A stretch of 64,000 nucleotides of DNA from a virus, in the IMG/VR virus record IMGVR_UViG_3300030107_006707, positions 9,598-73,597 of that record; one strand, written 5' to 3'. Made by a program: the position numbers and the translations under genes. The notes below the pieces were generated by a model. That model had not been told where the DNA came from, did not search any database, and saw only the letters and a program-made list of their open reading frames with translations. Every line of letters starts with the position of its first letter. Position 1 is the first letter of the stretch. Of this stretch, positions 1 through 9,850 are shown in pieces.

Positions 1-3000
1 TATAGTTACATGAAATATTTTATTAGCAGCGACGCCTGCTGCAAGCAAATCATCCTCTGGTCCTGATGGACCAGTTGTACCACTAAGGTTAAGACAGACT
101 CCATACTTAACCCCATTTGCATCAGAGAGTATAAATGCAGAACCCGAAAGAGCAAACTTATTAAAGCCGCCTGCGGAAGAACCGTTGTAGCTTGTCCCAT
201 CAAGAAGAAGTTTTTGCTGCTCAGCCGTAGCTGGTATAACTGTGCCGCCTGGTAAAGTACCATCATATCCAGTTCCTTGCACTAAAGAACTACGAGATGG
301 AACAGTGATAACCTCTGGTGTTACAGAACCACTATTAAAAAGATCATGTTCTGAAGTAGAAGAGGAGCCACTTAGGGCCTGTAGCCAGCTAAGTCGGTCG
401 GCTCTTGGTATTGGATGTGTTATAAATGCATTATCTTTTACAGAGCCAGTTGTTACAGTATAAATATTAGATTTACCAGCAAAATATCCCGAGATAACAG
501 GTCTCTGCAAAGTGTTTCTTTGTGTGTCATGTCTTGAAATAACATCAAATCCAAAACTTCCTGTATTAAGATCTTGTACAGTAAATCCTGAAGAAATTAA
601 ACTACCTGCTACTGATCCTAATTGACCACCACGAGCTTGATGTACTTGAAGCCTACCATTTATAATTTCTCTTGTCAATGTATTTCTAAATGGCAAGGCA
701 TTGTTTGGAGAAAGTTCACTAGCATAGAAATCCAAATACAATGGGCTGGATGTTTCAACACCACCTGGTGCTGAGAACCTTTCCGTAAACACAGATTTTT
801 GTGAAGTTCTAGTAGAAATTGTTGCCTGGTCGCCTCGGCGAGTTGGGATAGGTGTTTCAACAACATCACCAACGTATGGAGAGAGAAGAGGATTTGGTGC
901 GTAAGCAGTTGGATCATCCCTTAAATCTATATTATTTATTGATCTGCCTGATGTTTGTACTACTTGATAATTTAAAGTTCTATCAAAGTTTCCAAGCACA
1001 TTACCACTAACGCTACTTGTTACGTGCGCAATATTAGCTATATTGACTGGTGATTTTGAAGTCAGCCCTCTGTAATAGTGGCCCTTACCAGAACTTAGGG
1101 CACCTGTTTCTGTGTCTATATTTGCTAGAACGCCAGTGCCGCTAGAGACAGATAATCTAAATTTCTCTCTTCTAAGGGTCGGATCAGTTTGCATTCTTAG
1201 CCCACTAGCTCTAGCTAATAATCCACCTACATGTGTATTAGTAAATGGACCCTGCATAGGAACTTCATAGCCCGATCCAAAGTAAGCGTCTTCATGTAAA
1301 TTAGTTATTTGAGATCCTGACAGTCCATTATCTGTTAACATCTTATTGTGAGTGCCTTCATTCAAAGCATTATACAAACTAAATGGAGCTAGACGATTAC
1401 CTTTGAAATTTTCTCCTGCTATACTAACACGGAAACCTTGACGAACTTTCTCTAGAGGAGATCCTGGAGGAACTACCGCATCAGTGCAATCTTTAGCTGA
1501 TGCTACTGAACTAAAAGATAAAACATTAGTTTTTGCCTTGTTAGCAAATTCATTTGAGCCACCGACTATATTATTAGTTACAACGGACTCAAACTTGTAT
1601 AATTTCTTTCTGTTTTGTTCCAAGACAGATCTACCAGTTACTTTGAACAGATTTTGTCTGTCTAATTGAACTCCTGCTGAGGCAGCGGCGTTTGGTCCAA
1701 GCGAAAGAGCAACACCATCACGATCAGCACGACCCTGCCACCAGCTACAATTTTCATTTTGAGCTTCTTTTAGTATCTTATCGCTAGCGCCCGTAAAATC
1801 ATTTACATCAACAAGATTTACAGTTCCTGCCCCATGAGCTATGGCGCTACTAATATTGCCGCTTGTACCAGCGACTGTCATGGTTAGGGTTACTTTTTTA
1901 GTGTTGCTACCTTGCGCTGCGGAGATGCCAAGTACACCAATATTAGTAATAGCATCAGTGCCACCTCCAGCGTCATTGCCGTAAGTAATCCTATCATCAG
2001 CAGTACCATTGATAGCTTTTACCACCAAAGCGGCATTAGCTGCATCATCTGACCCTGCCGTAGCGATAGTAATAGAATTAGATCCAAAGCTAGATGGGTC
2101 ACTAGTAGAGGATACATCAAACTTAATTGTAATTGTAGTATTGGAACCACCAGCGGCAACTGGAATCTGAATGGTGAATCTAGTTGATGGATCTGCGGCC
2201 GCTTGGTAGCCGTCTAGGTCAATCGCATCAACCGCAGATGCAAGTGATCCAGTCATGGTTGGAGGGTGATGATTAAATCTCCAACTATACTGCGATTCAA
2301 AACCACCACGTATTGATCCTGATGGCTCAAAAGGATACCCCTCTATCGTTGGATACTTATGTTGATATTTATTTCTCTCTAAAACATGACTCTCAACAAT
2401 GTTGCGAACATTGGGGGCCACCATAGCAGATGCAGGGAAAAGTTGCTCTATCATATTTGTTAGAGAACCATCAAGCCACTTGTAATAATCTAAATATTTA
2501 TCCAAGTCTATTTTATCATTGGTTACTCTTCGGAAGAATATCTCTCTCAACTTACCCAGGTCTTTATACTCTGCTCTGTATTTATTGACTGGTTCTCCAA
2601 TAAGATTATTAAAGTCTTTTATAGAGCCAAACATATTGAGCATTTGGCTAGAGATACCATCATATAAACTCTTCTCAACTGCAAATGAATATCTAACAGG
2701 TCTTCTGTCCCGACCAAAGACATCATCATCGGACCCCTCTAAGATTATGGTAATCATATCATCAGAGGCAATTTCCTCTGGTGGTTGAAGTTCTAAAGTT
2801 GGTAAGTATTGTTTTCTCGCTGGTTTATCATTTGCCTTAAAGAAATCACCTCTTGCAGAGTGATGTCTCTGTGTGGATGCATATGCTGCTTGATAATTGT
2901 TTTCATAGTTAGACGAGTTTGAACCAGATGTAAAATCATCTACTCTAAATTGACCGCTAGCATCTGATCCCGTAACAGTTTCAAAATCCCAGTTTAACAT

Positions 3001-6000
3001 TAGGGACTCTATACTAGGAACATATACATCTGAACCACTGGCTTGGAACGTGTTGGTATTTCTATAAGGATGTTGTGATCCGTAAACACTCGCAATTCTG
3101 GCCTGATGATCAACATCAGAGGAAGTCAGGAAGCTGTTCCATGCCCTACAAGCGCCGACTCGTATGTCCGATCTTTGTAATATTCCGCCTGTGTTATTGG
3201 TCCTGTGTGCGCCAACATACACTCTTTTAGCGCTAGTTAGAATATTAGATCCTGTTGCATATACAACTGTGCTGCTGTTTTGGAAACTTGCATTCTTTTG
3301 ATCGGATATAAAGTTTGAACCATAAAGTTCAACAATATATTTGTGATTGTGTATTTCTGCCCCGTCTACATCTTGTGCAAATGGATATGTTTCTGGTCTG
3401 ACATTTAATGACAAAACCCAGCGAGTATCATCATAAACATCTGATATGGTATCTGTTTGTAAGATAATATTTCCAAGCCTATCTTTCACTTCAAAATACA
3501 CATCTTTTGAGGCCGCATCTTCAGATGAGATTAGCGAGTATTCTCCTTGGGCGTGAACTGAATAAACTTGTAGTCCATAATCAACTTCTGGGTTTGCCCA
3601 GGTAGTATCTGTTGCTGTAGCAGAAGTGCTATTCGGTGTGTGAAAACCAAATAGTGAAGCTGTTACAGACGCTGGAGTAATGTAATTTTTAGACCCTGGT
3701 TGCGGCCGCAGTGGGAAATTAATGTCTGCTTGTAGGGTGAAGGTATTGGGACCAAGAGATGTGTTCTGTTGAATAATCCCGCTTGACCCACCATCATAAC
3801 CATCAGCATAGTAAAACTGATACACCGAAGCCTCAGTGTCATCACCACGTCTAAGTCCAGTAAAGTCTATATATTTGCTTTCGTGCGAAGTCTCTTTGTA
3901 GCTACTGGTTAGAGGATAACTTACATTGTCACCATATGTGCTTATCTTGACCAGCTTTTCATCTATACCCAAACACCTTAATGTATTTGTAAATGATTTT
4001 CTTGTACCCTTTGACTTAAGGATATAACTCAAGTTGTTATAAAGATTTTTATAGATAACATTCTTAATCTGATGTATAGATTTCTCTAGTGGTCTTTTAT
4101 CATCTTTGTCCAGATAGCGAACTATTTCGTTGACAGAATCAAATAACTCAGGAGCTTCAAATCCCAATGAAGATAGAAGGCGATCATTGTTTGGCGACTC
4201 AAGGTTACTACCTGTAACATAGGATTTATCTTTTATTGTTAAAACATTAGAAATCTGAGCGTAAAGCGTGTCTAAATAACTACCCATGATCTGGGTTAGG
4301 ATTGCTATTTGCGATCCATTTTGCTCATCCTGCTCTATTATCCATCCTGGTAAGGTATAATATAAACTTGAGTTATTATTAAAGTCGTATGTCTCACCTA
4401 AATTTGACAGGTCTGCTCTTCTAGAAATATAAGTTGGATGATTGCCGTATATGATTGGATCACCCGCCTCAAATGGAGCAGCACTAGATGACACTATAGC
4501 AGAGCCAGTATTTCTAGTCCCTGATGTAGAATACCCTGTCCATGTTCCGTTTGACAAACGTCCAGAATAATCTAATACCGTAGAATCAGTTGAAGAGTCT
4601 TCTGTTATACCTTCATTAAACTTAAAGTATACCCCTAGAGTGCTATTGTTATATGTTGTGTTTGCTCCGCCATTGACGGCCATATACCAATTTTGTCCTA
4701 TCTCCACTGGATCTCTTGGCTCTTTCCAGAATCTAAATTCATCTAGAGATGCTGATAGCTTGCCATCGCCTGCGGGTATTACAGCACCGCCTGTAAAGTT
4801 AGCCACGTCAACTAAATTAACAGTGCCTGCGCCGTGTGCGACAGCACTGGTAATATTACCCGATGTGCCGCCCTTGTCTATTGTTAGGGTAACCTTAGTG
4901 CTTGTGCTACCTGCTGTGGCTGTTATACCCTGTATACCTGAACTAACTCCTGACCCAAAGGTGATTCTACTATCTGCGGTGCCATTAATTGCCTTTATGA
5001 CAAGAGCCGCATTAGCTGCATCGCCTGACCCCGCAGTGCCTATATTGATGTGATTCGCTCCTGTGCTTGAGGGCGAGCCACCTGATGAGATATCAAATTT
5101 TATTGTAACCGCAGTGTTAGTGCCGCCTGCGGCAACAGGTATTGTTATATTGAATTTGCTAGATGGATCACCAGCAGCTTGGTATCCAGACATATCAATG
5201 GCATCTGTAGCAGTTGCTTGGGCTCCGTATCCACTTGGCTGTATTGGCCCTGGGGCTGTTCTTAGTGCGCCAAGGCGACCAATCAAACTACCTGTGACTA
5301 AATTGATTGAAGACCCCGTAAGAATATTGTTTTGTTTGCAGGCTCCGTTTTCAAAAAGACTGATTGATGTTGAAGCTCCACTGTTTGTAAATACAAACGC
5401 ATAATGATCCCAAGAGCCGCTTCCTAATGTTAGCCCGCCTGCGGTTGGAACTGCTGCTTTGAATACACCACTTGATCCTGATTGATAAGAAACATAAAAT
5501 CTATCTGCTGATCCTGAATCTGTCTCAATGGTTAGGCGTCCATAATCATGTGATCCACTTGCCACACCGTTCCAAACATCTAAAATAACTTCTGTTGGTG
5601 ATGATACTGAACTATCAAACTCTGTCTTATTATAATAAAATTCTACGGTTGATCCACTAACTCCACCAAATTCTAAGTTATTTGATAGGTGTGATCCTGT
5701 TGCAAAAAATGTCCCAGTGTGTGGGCCACCTTTAAATTGTATGTGTTCAGCAGTAGTTGGTGTAGTATATCCTTGTTTAGACGCACCGTCAGCACCATAT
5801 ATTGCCCCTATTGTTACATATCCCGTAGATTTAGGGTATTCATTATCTAAAATATATTGTTCAAATGGCGTAAGGTCATTGAAAAATTCTAACTTATCTT
5901 TTGAACTACCATCATATGGGTAATAGTTTTTAACATATCCGAAAGTATCATAATAGTATCGGTATGCAGAACCATACTTCACAAAGTTTTCTGGCTTGGA

Positions 6001-6156
6001 GTAATCTATCTTTGGTACAAACGTAGTATTCTTTTCAATAGCTTCTTGAACCTGTCCAATAGATTCAACACTATCAGCCAACTTCTTGCCTGTAGTAGTT
6101 GCAACATTACCTATTTTGCCTGCTTTTTTAGCATCAAATAACTTTTTTATACTCAT
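1..6156 (-). CDS. Giant virion structural protein (>2,050 aa, runs off the window edge) with LamG/concanavalin-like domains; probable baseplate/tail component
   Basis: ATG at 6156 (MSIKKLFDAKKAG...) follows the stop of 6159..7640. The segments translated by hand are open in this frame, and the ORF is probably missing from the track because it has no stop in the window. LamG-like motifs WDHYAFVF and SLDEFRFWK; baseplate-like NLSYILKSKGTRKSFTNTLRCLG. Confidence 0.85.
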   Translation of the reverse strand, partial: MSIKKLFDAKKAGKIGNVATTTGKKLADSVESIGQVQEAIEKNTTFVPKIDYSKPENFVKYGSAYRYYYDTFGYVKNYYPYDGSSKDKLEFFNDLTPFEQYILDNEYPKSTGYVTIGAIYGADGASKQGYTTPTTAEHIQFKGGPHTGTFFATGSHLSNNLEFGGVSGSTVEFYYNKTEFDSSVSSPTEVILDVWNGVASGSHDYGRLTIETDSGSADRFYVSYQSGSSGVFKAAVPTAGGLTLGSGSWDHYAFVFTNSGASTSISLFENGACKQNNILTGSSINLVTGSLIGRLGALRTAPGPIQPSGYGAQATATDAIDMSGYQAAGDPSSKFNITIPVAAGGTNTAVTIKFDISSGGSPSSTGANHINIGTAGSGDAANAALVIKAINGTADSRITFGSGVSSGIQGITATAGSTSTKVTLTIDKGGTSGNITSAVAHGAGTVNLVDVANFTGGAVIPAGDGKLSASLDEFRFWKEPRDPVEIGQNWYMAVNGGANTTYNNSTLGVYFKFNEGITEDSSTDSTVLDYSGRLSNGTWTGYSTSGTRNTGSAIVSSSAAPFEAGDPIIYGNHPTYISRRADLSNLGETYDFNNNSSLYYTLPGWIIEQDEQNGSQIAILTQIMGSYLDTLYAQISNVLTIKDKSYVTGSNLESPNNDRLLSSLGFEAPELFDSVNEIVRYLDKDDKRPLEKSIHQIKNVIYKNLYNNLSYILKSKGTRKSFTNTLRCLGIDEKLVKISTYGDNVSYPLTSSYKETSHESKYIDFTGLRRGDDTEASVYQFYYADGYDGGSSGIIQQNTSLGPNTFTLQADINFPLRPQPGSKNYITPASVTASLFGFHTPNSTSATATDTTWANPEVDYGLQVYSVHAQGEYSLISSEDAASKDVYFEVKDRLGNIILQTDTISDVYDDTRWVLSLNVRPETYPFAQDVDGAEIHNHKYIVELYGSNFISDQKNASFQNSSTVVYATGSNILTSAKRVYVGAHRTNNTGGILQRSDIRVGACRAWNSFLTSSDVDHQARIASVYGSQHPYRNTNTFQASGSDVYVPSIESLMLNWDFETVTGSDASGQFRVDDFTSGSNSSNYENNYQAAYASTQRHHSARGDFFKANDKPARKQYLPTLELQPPEEIASDDMITIILEGSDDDVFGRDRRPVRYSFAVEKSLYDGISSQMLNMFGSIKDFNNLIGEPVNKYRAEYKDLGKLREIFFRRVTNDKIDLDKYLDYYKWLDGSLTNMIEQLFPASAMVAPNVRNIVESHVLERNKYQHKYPTIEGYPFEPSGSIRGGFESQYSWRFNHHPPTMTGSLASAVDAIDLDGYQAAADPSTRFTIQIPVAAGGSNTTITIKFDVSSTSDPSSFGSNSITIATAGSDDAANAALVVKAINGTADDRITYGNDAGGGTDAITNIGVLGISAAQGSNTKKVTLTMTVAGTSGNISSAIAHGAGTVNLVDVNDFTGASDKILKEAQNENCSWWQGRADRDGVALSLGPNAAASAGVQLDRQNLFKVTGRSVLEQNRKKLYKFESVVTNNIVGGSNEFANKAKTNVLSFSSVASAKDCTDAVVPPGSPLEKVRQGFRVSIAGENFKGNRLAPFSLYNALNEGTHNKMLTDNGLSGSQITNLHEDAYFGSGYEVPMQGPFTNTHVGGLLARASGLRMQTDPTLRREKFRLSVSSGTGVLANIDTETGALSSGKGHYYRGLTSKSPVNIANIAHVTSSVSGNVLGNFDRTLNYQVVQTSGRSINNIDLRDDPTAYAPNPLLSPYVGDVVETPIPTRRGDQATISTRTSQKSVFTERFSAPGGVETSSPLYLDFYASELSPNNALPFRNTLTREIINGRLQVHQARGGQLGSVAGSLISSGFTVQDLNTGSFGFDVISRHDTQRNTLQRPVISGYFAGKSNIYTVTTGSVKDNAFITHPIPRADRLSWLQALSGSSSTSEHDLFNSGSVTPEVITVPSRSSLVQGTGYDGTLPGGTVIPATAEQQKLLLDGTSYNGSSAGGFNKFALSGSAFILSDANGVKYGVCLNLSGTTGPSGPEDDLLAAGVAANKIFHVTI
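1786..2244 (-). repeat. Copy 2 of the duplicated module (AVDAIDLDGYQAAADPS...GAGTVNLVDVNDFTGA)
   Basis: Shares IPVAAGG, TIKFD, DAANAALVxKAINGTAD, KVTLT and AHGAGTVNLVDV with copy 1. Confidence 0.9.
4783..5220 (-). repeat. Copy 1 of a ~150-aa internally duplicated module (ATDAIDMSGYQAAGDPS...GAGTVNLVDVANFTGG)
   Basis: Manual translation aligns end to end with 1786-2244. Confidence 0.9.
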
Positions 6157-6158
6157 GT

Positions 6159-7640
6159 TTATGGATCTTCAACTCTAAATTTAAATACTTCTGGTTGCTC
6201 AATATAATCACCTTGTAACAAGTAAGCAAATTGGATACCGTAATTAAAACCTGATTCAAAAGGCTCCATATCAAGTTCAAAATAGTTTCCACTTACATCA
6301 TAGGACATTCTAGTGTGATTTGTTGTACCAGTACCAAACGGTATAACCTCAAGATTATCTTCTATTCTAAATACTTTATAGTAAGCATCCTCAATAATAG
6401 TATTTTCTATCTCTACTGATGCAACAGAATATATTGTTGGCTGCCATCGTTTCGGACGTACAAACACTCTAAATACTGGCTTATCGTCAGTAGAATACAG
6501 AGAACTCAAATTTGTTATCTTAGACATATACGGTTCTGTTCTGTCTTCTAAGAGCAACTTATAGGAGGCTGGTTTAAACGAGCCAGTAAAGAATTCTGTT
6601 GAGCCGCTATGCCACACATCATTTAGTTCAGAAAATGAACTGGTGGTAGCAAACGAGGCGGTATAAATACCTGTTATCTCGTTGCCATTCTCAATCAACT
6701 TACCAGCCTCAACGGCTGTGGTAGCAGCGCCCGTAATATCAGTTACGATGGCCCTTACACCAATAGGTGCGCCATCTGATGATGCTGTGTAGAACGCTAC
6801 ACTCAATCGGTTCTCCGAAAGACCTACTATATCTGTTAGTGTTCCTCGGAATCTATTGTAAAGATATAAAGTGTTCAAGTTATTTTCAGAAGACAAAACA
6901 GAACTACTCAATATAAAACTACCTCTTTGGTCTTTTCTAGAGTCATCCCATCTTGCCTCAATAACTGGTTTTTGCATAACGAACTCTGTGCTTCTGCCGT
7001 GAAACATCTTAGTGAATAAAGATCCTGATGATCCCGTTATTGCTGCTTGTGTTTGTTTTAATAAAAATCCATAGTTAGTTTTTGTTCCAGCAAGCCAGTT
7101 CTCTACAGCAGGTGTAACCTCTAGTTCTAGATCTTCATTACCTTTTACAAATGTTACTGACCCTGAAAAGTTGTTGACAGCAGCAAGGGCGTGGTAATCA
7201 GATCCAGTCGTTGCCCATGCAGTGGTTGATGATGCACTTACCCAGTTACACTTGCCAATGTCTGTGTAATTTTCCATATCAAGTCCACGACCCTCATCCC
7301 AGCTAGCTGATAGTATTTTAACGTCAAGGGTTAGGTTTTCAGGGGTTGTATCTGCGTGCTCGGCATTAAACATCTTTAGGTAAAAGTTTACAGAGCCAGA
7401 TGCGGGTATAGTTCCTGCTGATCTATCAGAACCTATTTTATTCAAATCAAACTGAATCAGTATCCTAGCTTCTTCAGCATTTTGCGCACTTATGCTTGCC
7501 GATGTCTGCCCGTGAATAACAAATGTTTCAAGGATATCTGAAGCACCCATGTTAGATCCAGTGGCCTTGGTCCTAAGATCAGCTTTAAAGGCATTAGTAA
7601 TAGTATTATCCTGAGTTGCATCGTATCTCTTGATAGCCAT
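6159..7640 (-). CDS. Virion structural protein (DNRLRE/CBM-like N-terminal domain), baseplate region
   Basis: 493-aa ORF, Ser/Thr/Gly-rich, RILIQFDL and NYGFLLK motifs, tightly coupled to neighbours. Confidence 0.6.
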   Translation of the reverse strand: MAIKRYDATQDNTITNAFKADLRTKATGSNMGASDILETFVIHGQTSASISAQNAEEARILIQFDLNKIGSDRSAGTIPASGSVNFYLKMFNAEHADTTPENLTLDVKILSASWDEGRGLDMENYTDIGKCNWVSASSTTAWATTGSDYHALAAVNNFSGSVTFVKGNEDLELEVTPAVENWLAGTKTNYGFLLKQTQAAITGSSGSLFTKMFHGRSTEFVMQKPVIEARWDDSRKDQRGSFILSSSVLSSENNLNTLYLYNRFRGTLTDIVGLSENRLSVAFYTASSDGAPIGVRAIVTDITGAATTAVEAGKLIENGNEITGIYTASFATTSSFSELNDVWHSGSTEFFTGSFKPASYKLLLEDRTEPYMSKITNLSSLYSTDDKPVFRVFVRPKRWQPTIYSVASVEIENTIIEDAYYKVFRIEDNLEVIPFGTGTTNHTRMSYDVSGNYFELDMEPFESGFNYGIQFAYLLQGDYIEQPEVFKFRVEDP

Positions 7641-9430
7641 TATCTAGCAACTCCTTGGACATCCTGATCAAAATCTTTGATTTCAAATACAACATTATCA
7701 GGGGCTGAAATAATTTTACCATCTGGGCTGGTGTTCAGGTCTATATCAAATGGGAACTGACTGTATCCAGCCTCTGTTTTTGCATCAACATTAACGAACA
7801 CTGTGTCTATTACCCCTGGTACTCTATTAAGAACCCTAAACACGTCGGAGACATAAAATGGCTCACCCATATTCTTCTTGGTACCAAATTCATCTTTTAT
7901 TTCGGCGATACAGTCGTTAATAACATCAAATTTATTGACGTCAACATCTGTTACCACTTCAAAGTCAATAGACAAGTTTATAACCTTTCCAGGGATGATA
8001 TCAATTGTATCATTGATCATTTTATACTGGTTTAGCCAGTTTTTTAAATTATTTAATAATGTTACCGTTGGAGTGATAAAATTCTCATTCTCATCTTCTG
8101 ATAAAACAAACAAATTTAGGTTTCTTTTGAATGAATCCCTATCTTGTGAAACAGAGGCTCTTTTGATAGAACCAAAACCTCTTGGCATACGATAACATAA
8201 TGCGATATAGTCTTGTTTAGTCACTGCTCTGTTTTGAGATGCATAAGAGTCAAACGCTCTAGTTCTAATTTCTTCTTGATCTGGTTCGGATACATCTCCT
8301 ACAATTGCGTCTTCGTTTGTACATTCCACAGTTGATAGAATAAACTCTATTATGTTATCTGATAAAGAAGATCTGTTTTTAAACACTAGGTCTGTTTCTA
8401 ACGGTGTGGTTACTGTATTGACTGCGGCGTTTGCAGTGTTTGTATCGTTTGCACGATATGTGATAGTCAATACTGTGTTTTCAGGAGCAACACCAAACTT
8501 GTCATTCTTTATTAAATTACTAGGATCAAAACTATCATCAGTTTCATAATTTCTCCCGTGTATATTAAGAACAACATCTGATGGATCTGCTATCAAATCA
8601 GTAGTAAGATTATCCGCTGACCCAAAACCAAATTGTATAAAGGTTTCACCATCTTCAAAATCAACAGTAAATCTTCTTGGTACTGGCTTAAGTCTAAGAC
8701 TATATGGGACAGATGTTTTATCACTGGCTCTATTTTCTAACTGTTGATATATAACGTTTTGTGATAGGTATGGGACTTCAAAATATTCATTACCCTCGGT
8801 ATCAAATATTGATACAATTTCGCTAATCCCAATCCCATCAAGTTTTAGTTTTAGAAATTTATTATAATCCGCAACGGTTATAGTTTCAGAAAACAACTCG
8901 CCTGATATAATGCGGCCCTTTGCCTTTACTGCAAAGTATGTTGGATCACCTGTGTCGGTATCTACTTTTGCTACAACTACTTCGTTAGCAGGGTTAGCTA
9001 AATCTATATCTTCTTGAAGCGTAAATATACCGCCACCTTCAGCAGCAAATTTAGTACCCCTCTTTACAATTGGAAGATATTCTTCATCAACCCCTCTTGA
9101 TGTGGTAGAAGCAGGAATCAATACGAAAACTGTGATTACGCCCTCAGTTGATGAAGTTCCTGTTGGCTTATACCCTAATTGTTTAGCGAGACGGTTAATG
9201 TTCTTGGTTTCTATTGCGCTGTCCAAAAAACCCTCATTGGTTTGGTAATCTAAATAAAACGACAGATTGTCACCGATGTAAGCTACAGTGTCTAGCATCA
9301 AAGAACCAAAGGATGCTTCATTGAAATCTTTAAATGAATCAGGATAATACCTCTTAGCATGATTAACCAAGGAATTTTTAATATCTTGGAAATCTCTACT
9401 AACATATTTTACAGGTCTTTTTTTAGCCAT
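7640..9430 (-). CDS. Baseplate wedge subunit (T4 gp6 / baseplate J-like)
   Basis: SRDFQDIKNSL...DFNEASFGSLMLD...LSFYLD N-terminus and SQNRAVTKQDY motif typical of gp6-like proteins. Confidence 0.9.
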   Translation of the reverse strand: MAKKRPVKYVSRDFQDIKNSLVNHAKRYYPDSFKDFNEASFGSLMLDTVAYIGDNLSFYLDYQTNEGFLDSAIETKNINRLAKQLGYKPTGTSSTEGVITVFVLIPASTTSRGVDEEYLPIVKRGTKFAAEGGGIFTLQEDIDLANPANEVVVAKVDTDTGDPTYFAVKAKGRIISGELFSETITVADYNKFLKLKLDGIGISEIVSIFDTEGNEYFEVPYLSQNVIYQQLENRASDKTSVPYSLRLKPVPRRFTVDFEDGETFIQFGFGSADNLTTDLIADPSDVVLNIHGRNYETDDSFDPSNLIKNDKFGVAPENTVLTITYRANDTNTANAAVNTVTTPLETDLVFKNRSSLSDNIIEFILSTVECTNEDAIVGDVSEPDQEEIRTRAFDSYASQNRAVTKQDYIALCYRMPRGFGSIKRASVSQDRDSFKRNLNLFVLSEDENENFITPTVTLLNNLKNWLNQYKMINDTIDIIPGKVINLSIDFEVVTDVDVNKFDVINDCIAEIKDEFGTKKNMGEPFYVSDVFRVLNRVPGVIDTVFVNVDAKTEAGYSQFPFDIDLNTSPDGKIISAPDNVVFEIKDFDQDVQGVAR

Positions 9431-9451
9431 ATTGTACCACCACTCTAATAT

Positions 9452-9850
9452 TTAGCTCGTTACTTCAGTTATAGTTAAGGTATCCGTATCATCTAAGGGT
9501 AAAATGTCATAGACAATTTCTATTCTTAGTTCTTTTTCACCAATTAAACCAGGGTTAGACTCACTGTCAGCAAAATTAATACGGCGTACATTAACAAACG
9601 GCATGTAATTAGATACCTGAGATTTTATCTCGTCGCTTATATTAGTAAGAACTATAGGATTAAATTGTTCAAAAAGGAAGTTCCTTAGACCGACACCAAA
9701 GTCTGGTAACATTACTCTTTCACCCTTAGCTGTTAGTATTAGATTTTTTAAGTTTTGCCTAATTGATTCACGAAGAGTTTTATTTAGCCCATATGCCCCG
9801 TCTTTAGAATCTATAGATAAAGGTAATGATGGTGAAATTCCAATGGCCAT
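9452..9850 (-). CDS. Baseplate protein, gp25/GPW-like
   Basis: IRQNLKNLILTAKGERVMLPDFGVGLRNFLFE motif. Confidence 0.92.
   Translation of the reverse strand: MAIGISPSLPLSIDSKDGAYGLNKTLRESIRQNLKNLILTAKGERVMLPDFGVGLRNFLFEQFNPIVLTNISDEIKSQVSNYMPFVNVRRINFADSESNPGLIGEKELRIEIVYDILPLDDTDTLTITEVTS

Noticed and set aside
4783-5220. Intein as the explanation for the inserted module
   Set aside because: No Cys/Ser start with His-Asn end or LAGLIDADG motifs; the composition is that of a structural beta-rich domain.
6-5923. Short ORFs listed in the first 6 kb, suggesting a gene-poor or recoded region
   Set aside because: The region is explained by one long minus-strand frame starting at 6156 that lacks a stop within the window.
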